Below, piece by piece: positions 26,948 to 32,000 of a DNA stretch of 32,000 bases. A model generated the notes under the pieces. The model ran no database searches and was not told the origin of the DNA. It saw only the letters and a program-made list of their open reading frames with translations. The translations under genes were made by a program, and so were the position numbers. Each line of letters opens with the position of its first letter. Positions within the stretch are counted from its first letter, which is position 1. The stretch spans positions 1,410,001 to 1,442,000 of the forward strand of contig NC_007493.2 of assembly GCF_000012905.2 (NCBI RefSeq). The letters run 5' to 3'. Source of the DNA: Cereibacter sphaeroides 2.4.1. GTDB lineage: Bacteria; Pseudomonadota; Alphaproteobacteria; Rhodobacterales; Rhodobacteraceae.

Positions 26948-27658
26948 ATGTCCTTCGATCGCCGTATCAAGATCGCCCCCTCGATCCTCTCCGCCGATTT
27001 CGCCAATTTCGGCGCCGAATGCCGCGCCATCGAGGCCCAGGGCTGCGACTGGGTGCATGTCGATGTAATGGACGGCCATTTCGTGCCGAACCTCACCTTC
27101 GGTCCGGCGATGTGCGCCGCAATCCGGCCGCACATCAAGGGCGTCATGGACGTGCATCTGATGATCGCGCCGGTCGATCCCTATATCGAGGCCTTCGCGG
27201 CTGCCGGCGCCGATGTCATCACCGCCCATCTCGAGGCCGGCCCGCACATCCATCGCACGCTGCAGGCGATCCGCGGCACCGGCCGCAAGGCGGGCCTCGC
27301 GCTCAATCCCGGCACCGGCCTCGATGCGGTAGGCCATCTGCTCGACCTCCTGGACCTCGTCTGCATCATGACGGTGAACCCGGGCTTCGGCGGGCAGAAG
27401 TTCATCGCGAGTCAGGTGGACAAGGTGCGCGACCTGCGCGCGATGATCGGCGACCGGCCGATCCATATCGAGATCGACGGCGGCGTGACGCCCGAGACCG
27501 CGCCGCTGGTGGCCGCGGCCGGTGCGGACGTGCTGGTGGCGGGCTCGGCCGTCTTCAAGGGAGGCTCGGTCGACAATCCCGAGCCCTACGGCGCCAATAT
27601 CCGCGCAATCCGTGCGGCAGCCGAGGCGTCGCTCGGTCGGGCCTTTGCGGCAAAGTGA
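26948..27658 (+). CDS. rpe: Ribulose-phosphate 3-epimerase
   Basis: PSILSADFANFG, HVDVMDGHFVPN and TVNPGFGGQKF motifs. AAGGAG SD. Confidence 0.95.
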   Translation: MSFDRRIKIAPSILSADFANFGAECRAIEAQGCDWVHVDVMDGHFVPNLTFGPAMCAAIRPHIKGVMDVHLMIAPVDPYIEAFAAAGADVITAHLEAGPHIHRTLQAIRGTGRKAGLALNPGTGLDAVGHLLDLLDLVCIMTVNPGFGGQKFIASQVDKVRDLRAMIGDRPIHIEIDGGVTPETAPLVAAAGADVLVAGSAVFKGGSVDNPEPYGANIRAIRAAAEASLGRAFAAK

Positions 27659-27664
27659 GATTTC

Positions 27665-27690
27665 AGGGTCTGCCGACCGCGGCAGACCCT
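27665..27690. terminator. Bidirectional hairpin AGGGTCTGCCG-ACCG-CGGCAGACCCT
   Basis: 11-bp perfect stem between convergent rpe and the oxidoreductase gene. Confidence 0.6.
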
Positions 27691-27739
27691 CATGCTGTCC
27701 GGGAGGAAAGTCCCGCAACCTACCAATCTTACGCGACTT

Positions 27740-28924
27740 TCAGACAATAGCGCGTTCGAGGAAAGGCCGCCCCTCCAGAACCCGCTCGACCGAGAGATCG
27801 GACAGATCGAGGCTCTGCCAGCTGCCTGTCAGCAGATGCTCGGCGATGCCGCGGCCGACGGCCGGCGCCTGTTGCAGCCCGTGCCCGGAAAAACCGTTCA
27901 TCAGATAGAGGTTCGGCAGCGCCGGATGCGGTCCGAGGATCGCATTCTGGTCGAGGCGGTTGTAGGCGTAATGCCCGACCCAGTGGCGCACCACCTTCAC
28001 CGCATCGAAGCCAGGCGCGCGGGCGTAGAGCTGCTCCCAGATCACCTCCTCGAAGAGATGCAGATCGGGCTCGAAATCCTGCGGGTCGCAGGGACTGTCG
28101 GCCTCGGGCACGGTGGCGGTGATCCACTGGCCGCCGCGCTCGGGCCGCAGATAGAAGCCGCGGTCGACCAGAAGCGGCGCATCCGGGTGCCGGGCATTCG
28201 GCGCATCGATCACGAAGACCGTGCGCTTGCGCGGCTCGACCGGCAGATCGAGGCCCGCCATCCGCATGACTTCCGCCGCGCGGGTGCCGGACGCATTGAT
28301 CGCGGCCCCACAGGCTATGGTTTCCCCCGAGGCGAGACGGACGCCACGCACCCTGCCCTGCGCCTGCTCGAGCCCCACGACGCCATCGCGCAGGAACTCC
28401 ACCCCCTGCAGCCTCGCCGCGGCCCTGAAGCCGTTCAGCAGTCCCATATTGTCGAACCAGCCCTCGTCGCGCGGCCCGAATGAGCCTGCCACGAGATCCC
28501 CCGTCTCGAGCCAGGGGAAGCGCGCGGCGAGCGCTGCGGGCGTCAGCATCTCGGTCGCGGCGCCGAGGCTGCGCTGCATGGCGGCCACCTCGGCCAGCAC
28601 CGAGGCGCCCTCGGCCGTCGAGGCGAGGAAGAGATAGCCGTTCTCGGTCAGGCCCAGCGACGGGATCCCCACCTCCTGGCCCAGGCTTTCGCGGAAGTCG
28701 CGGATGAAGCCGATTCCGAAGCGCGAGATCGCCACATTGACCGGCGTCGTGAACTGCATCCGGATCGAGGCCACGGATAGAGCGGTCGAGGCCCGGGCAT
28801 AGGTCGGATCGCGCTCGACCACGATCACCCGCAGGCCCGGCTGCATCCGGGTCAGCCAATAGGCGGCCGAGGCGCCCATGACCGCTCCGCCGATCACCAC
28901 CACATCCGCCGTGCGCCCGCTCAT
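27740..28924 (-). CDS. FAD-dependent oxidoreductase (DAO family)
   Basis: Start at MSGRTADVVVIGGAVMGASAAYWL (GxGxxG dinucleotide fold). The track ORF to 29212 is over-extended across the repeat array. Confidence 0.8.
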   Translation of the reverse strand: MSGRTADVVVIGGAVMGASAAYWLTRMQPGLRVIVVERDPTYARASTALSVASIRMQFTTPVNVAISRFGIGFIRDFRESLGQEVGIPSLGLTENGYLFLASTAEGASVLAEVAAMQRSLGAATEMLTPAALAARFPWLETGDLVAGSFGPRDEGWFDNMGLLNGFRAAARLQGVEFLRDGVVGLEQAQGRVRGVRLASGETIACGAAINASGTRAAEVMRMAGLDLPVEPRKRTVFVIDAPNARHPDAPLLVDRGFYLRPERGGQWITATVPEADSPCDPQDFEPDLHLFEEVIWEQLYARAPGFDAVKVVRHWVGHYAYNRLDQNAILGPHPALPNLYLMNGFSGHGLQQAPAVGRGIAEHLLTGSWQSLDLSDLSVERVLEGRPFLERAIV

Positions 28925-29001
28925 GCCCCTGCCCCCTGCCCTTTGCAGCGAAGCTAGATCAGCGCTCGGGCGCCCGCCAGAGGCCTCGCGCGGGAGCCCT
29001 G

Positions 29002-29245
29002 TTTCAGGGAGGGCAGCGCCTGAAAAAGCGGCACGCGCCCGGACGCGGAGGGAAGTCGGGTTCTGGGACCGGGACGCCTGAAGAAGCGCGGATCTCCCCG
29101 AAATGCGGGAGAGCCGAGGATCAGGGGCTGCGCCGCCTGAGGAGCCGTGCGTTTCCTGAAATGCGGTAGAGCCGCCTTTCAGGAACCGTGACGCCTGAAA
29201 GAGCGGTGACATCCCGGCGGCGCGGAAGACCCGCAGCCCAAGGGG
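29002..29245. repeat. Degenerate tandem array, four units of 58-59 bp, each anchored by CGCCTGA and forming TTCAGG/CCTGAA hairpins
   Basis: CGCCTGA occurs at 29017, 29075, 29134 and 29192. GAAATGCGG-N-AGAGCCG is shared at 29100 and 29158. Hairpins: 29002-29008/29019-29025, 29121-29125/29136-29140 and 29176-29183/29194-29201. Confidence 0.6.
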
Positions 29246-29262
29246 TCATGGCAAAGAAAAAC

Positions 29263-29286
29263 GGCGCGATCCCGGAGGATCGCGCC
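29263..29286 (-). terminator. Rho-independent terminator of tsf (GGCGCGATCC-CGGA-GGATCGCGCC plus GUUUUUCUUU)
   Basis: 10-bp perfect stem, 25 nt downstream of the tsf stop on the minus strand, followed by a U-rich tail. Confidence 0.8.
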
Positions 29287-29310
29287 GCTCTGTCTGCGAG
29301 GAGAAAGGAA

Positions 29311-30207
29311 TCAGCCCGCGAGGGTCTTGGCGACCTCGGCCGCGAAATCCTCTTTTTCCTTCTCGATGCCTTCGCCCACGGCCATGCGCACGAAGCCCAC
29401 GATCTCGACGCCGGCCTGCTTGGCGGCTTCCGCCACGGTCAGGTCGGGATTGATGACGAACTTCTGGCCGAGCAGCGTGTTCTCTTCGAGGAACTTCTTC
29501 ATCCGGCCCGGGATGATGTTGTTCTCGATCACCGCATCGGGCTTCGGCTTGGCCGAGGCCGCGTTCTCTTCCAGCGCCTTCTGGGTCTGCACGGTGCGCT
29601 CGCGCTCGACCACGGTCGGGTCGAGGTCGGCTTCCGAGAGGGCCATCGGGTTGGTGGCCGCGATATGCATGGCGACCTGCTTGGCGATGCCGTTGTCGGC
29701 ACCTTTCACGGCGACGAGCACGCCGATCTTGCCCAGCCCGTCAGCAGCGGCGTTGTGGACGTAGGCCGCAACCGAATCGCCCGAGATCTTCGCCATCCGG
29801 CGCAGCGTCATGTTCTCGCCGATGACGGCGATCGTTTCCTGCAGCGTGGTCTCGACGGTCTTGCCGCCCATGTCGGCGGCCTTCAGCGCCTCGATGTCGT
29901 CCACGGTGAGCGCGGCCTTGGTGAAGCCCGTGACCATCGACTGGAAGTCGGCGTTCTTGGCCACGAAGTCGGTCTCGGAGTTCACCTCGACCGCCACGCC
30001 GGTGCCGCCGTCGACACAGACGCCGACGAGGCCCTCGGCCGCGGTGCGGCCGGCCTTCTTCGCCGCCTTCGCGAGGCCCTTCGTGCGCAGCCAGTCCACG
30101 GCGGCTTCCATGTCGCCGTCGGTCTCGGTCAGGGCCTTCTTCGCGTCCATCATGCCTGCGCCGGTCGACTCGCGCAGTTCCTTCACCATCTGGGCGGTGA
30201 TTGCCAT
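29311..30207 (-). CDS. tsf: Translation elongation factor Ts
   Basis: [26 protein letters not shown]... is the canonical EF-Ts N-terminus. 298 aa. Downstream of rpsB. Confidence 0.95.
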
Positions 30208-30288
30208 TTACGGCTCTCCTCAGTGAATTGCCAAAGACCGGGCGGGGAGTTACCCCCGTCCGGTAACGGGATTGCGACGGGCGGCCGA

Positions 30289-31044
30289 TCAGGCCTCGAG
30301 CGTCTCTTCCTCGGGGGCCACGTCGAGCGCGCCGAGGTCGATGCCGGCAGCACCCATCTGGGCGCTCATGCCGTCGAGCGCCGCCCGCGACACGAGGTCA
30401 CAGTAGAGCGCGATGGCACGGGCCGCGTCGTCGTTGCCCGGGATCACATAGTCCACGCCCTTGGGCGAGTTGTTGGTATCGACCACGGCCACGACCGGGA
30501 TGCCCAGCTTCTGCGCTTCGGCGATGGCGAGGTCTTCCTTGCCCACGTCGATGATGAAGAGCAGGTCCGGGGTGCCGCCCATCTCGCGGATGCCGCCGAG
30601 CGAGGCCTGCAGCTTCTGCTGCTCGCGCTCCATGTTCAGCCGCTCTTTCTTGGTCAGGCCCTCGGCGCCGGTGGCCAGAACCTCGTCGAGCTGCTTCAGG
30701 CGCTGGATCGACTGCGAGACGGTCTTCCAGTTGGTGAGCGTGCCGCCCAGCCAGCGGTGGTTCATGTAGTGCTGCGCGCATTTCTCGGCGGCTTCGGCGA
30801 TCGGCTTCTGGGCCTGACGCTTGGTGCCGACGAAGAGGATGCGGCCGCCCTTGGCCACGGTGTCGCGCACGACCTTGAGCGCCTGGTCCAGCATCGGGAC
30901 CGTCTGCGTCAGGTCGACGATATGGATGCCGTTGCGGTCGCCGTAGATGAACTCCGCCATCTTCGGGTTCCAGCGAGCGGTCTGGTGGCCGTAGTGAACG
31001 CCAGCTTCAAGCAGCTGACGCATGGAAAACTCGGGGAGCGCCAT
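30289..31044 (-). CDS. rpsB: 30S ribosomal protein S2
   Basis: Start at [29 protein letters not shown] (ATG 31044) with AAGGA upstream. The track start at 31101 is over-extended. Confidence 0.95.
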   Translation of the reverse strand: MALPEFSMRQLLEAGVHYGHQTARWNPKMAEFIYGDRNGIHIVDLTQTVPMLDQALKVVRDTVAKGGRILFVGTKRQAQKPIAEAAEKCAQHYMNHRWLGGTLTNWKTVSQSIQRLKQLDEVLATGAEGLTKKERLNMEREQQKLQASLGGIREMGGTPDLLFIIDVGKEDLAIAEAQKLGIPVVAVVDTNNSPKGVDYVIPGNDDAARAIALYCDLVSRAALDGMSAQMGAAGIDLGALDVAPEEETLEA

Positions 31045-31298
31045 GTCCATGTCCTTTCCGGTTTGCGCCTCGGCGAAGCCTTGTAGAGGGTGTGCCCCCA
31101 ACCGGTGGACCTGCGGGGATGTCTCCCCCGAAAGCCCGGACTTCGCCTGTGAAGTGGGCGCGCTTTATCCTCCCCGTCCGGCGATTGCAAGAGCCGTGGC
31201 CCCGGAGGGCCGGAAAAGGCCGGCGTGCGGCAGCCTGACCCCCCTGCCGCCCCGGCACGGCGCTTGCCCAAGGGCGCGCGACGGGGCATCAAACCTGC

Positions 31299-32000
31299 AT
31301 GAGCATTCCCGCGATCCTCTGCATCGGCGCGGTCCAGTGGGACCTGATCGGCCATACGGCCGATCCGATGCCGGCCGGGGCCGACCTGCCGGGCCGCGTC
31401 TCGCGGATGCCGGGGGGCGTGGCCTTCAACATCGCGCAGGCGCTGGCGCGCGAGGGGCTCACTGTGGCGCTTCTTGCCACGGTCGGCACGGATGCCGAGG
31501 GCGAGGGGCTGGTGCGGGCGGGCATGGCGCTCGGGCTCGACATGCGCTTCCTGCATCGCGGGGGCGCCACCGATCTCTATCTCGCGCTCGAGGCCGAAGG
31601 GGCGCTGGTGGGCGCCGTGGCCGATGCCCGCGCGCTCGAGGAGGCGGGCGAGGCGGTGCTGGAACCACTGCGCGACGGACGCCTCGCCACGGAGGCCCTG
31701 CCCTTCGCCGGCACATTGGTGATCGACGGCAACCTGCCCGAGCCTGTCCTGCGCGGGCTTGCCGCCTCCGGGCTCCTCGCCCGCGCGGATCTGCGCCTCG
31801 CGCCGGCGAGCCCTGCCAAGGCTCCGCGGCTGGCCCCGCTTCTGGCGCATCCGGGCGCGGTGCTGCAACTCAACCGCGCCGAGGCCGCCACGATCTGCGG
31901 CGCGGACTTTCCCACCTCGCTCGCCGCCGCCGAGGCGCTGCTCGCGCGGGGCGTGGCGCGCGTCCTCGTCACCGACGGCGCCCTGCCCGCCACCGACGGC
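31299..32000 (+). CDS. PfkB-family carbohydrate/nucleoside kinase, 3'-truncated by the window end
   Basis: My own translation from ATG 31299 gives MSIPAILCIGAVQWDLIGH...PGGVAFNIAQALAREGLTVALLATVGTDAEGEGL... It is open to position 32000, so it is absent from the track (no stop). Ribokinase-like N-terminal motifs. Confidence 0.7.
   Translation, partial: MSIPAILCIGAVQWDLIGHTADPMPAGADLPGRVSRMPGGVAFNIAQALAREGLTVALLATVGTDAEGEGLVRAGMALGLDMRFLHRGGATDLYLALEAEGALVGAVADARALEEAGEAVLEPLRDGRLATEALPFAGTLVIDGNLPEPVLRGLAASGLLARADLRLAPASPAKAPRLAPLLAHPGAVLQLNRAEAATICGADFPTSLAAAEALLARGVARVLVTDGALPATDG

Noticed and set aside
26788-27147. Minus-strand ORF (119 aa) overlapping the rpe start and the IS right end
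   Set aside because: It would overlap rpe head-to-head and run into the IS inverted repeat. Sequence is not protein-like after the first ~20 residues.
29188-31086. ORF 29188-31086 (+, 632 aa) and 30909-31868 (minus, 319 aa)
   Set aside because: Antisense or off-frame to tsf, rpsB and the PfkB-kinase gene, all of which have canonical sequences.
1-32000. CRISPR arrays, rRNA genes, integrase or recombinase genes
   Set aside because: No regularly spaced identical repeats with unique spacers were seen. The two tandem arrays found have degenerate units with no spacer structure. No rRNA-like or tyrosine/serine recombinase sequence was recognised.

Overview
High-GC alphaproteobacterial chromosome. 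Gene content and order (catalase-oxyR-peroxiredoxin, cytochrome c', aqpZ, lipA, rpe, tsf-rpsB) look Rhodobacteraceae, Cereibacter/Rhodobacter sphaeroides-like; this assignment is inference only. Most of the window is housekeeping. It includes an operon of a small PF13769-like protein, MetF, a methyl-THF:corrinoid methyltransferase and a RACo/RamA-like activase. It also holds ppx-rlmE, a DUF882/L,D-transpeptidase pair, an LpxD-paralog/ACP/KAS trio, ialB, cycP plus a diheme cytochrome c, hpt, a RatA/COQ10-like gene, an FAD oxidoreductase and a partial PfkB kinase. There are two accessory parts. (1) Positions 1-3265 lie on the 3' side of a tRNA-Gly(CCC). They carry BrnT/BrnA, a frameshifted DUF6362-like gene, a strikingly low-GC cytoplasmic trypsin-like protease and a perfect 16-bp AT palindrome. 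(2) A DDE (ISNCY/IS1202-like) insertion sequence sits at about 25225-26798. The most unusual non-coding signals are three. One is a 79-bp tandem repeat with CCUCC motifs next to the tRNA (3559-3734). Another is a 4 x ~58-bp hairpin-forming tandem array upstream of the FAD oxidoreductase (29002-29245). The third is a ~490-bp gene-free stretch downstream of the catalase gene with terminator-bounded sRNA candidates. Many long ORFs in the six-frame track are GC-rich shadow frames and were not called. No CRISPR array or rRNA was seen.
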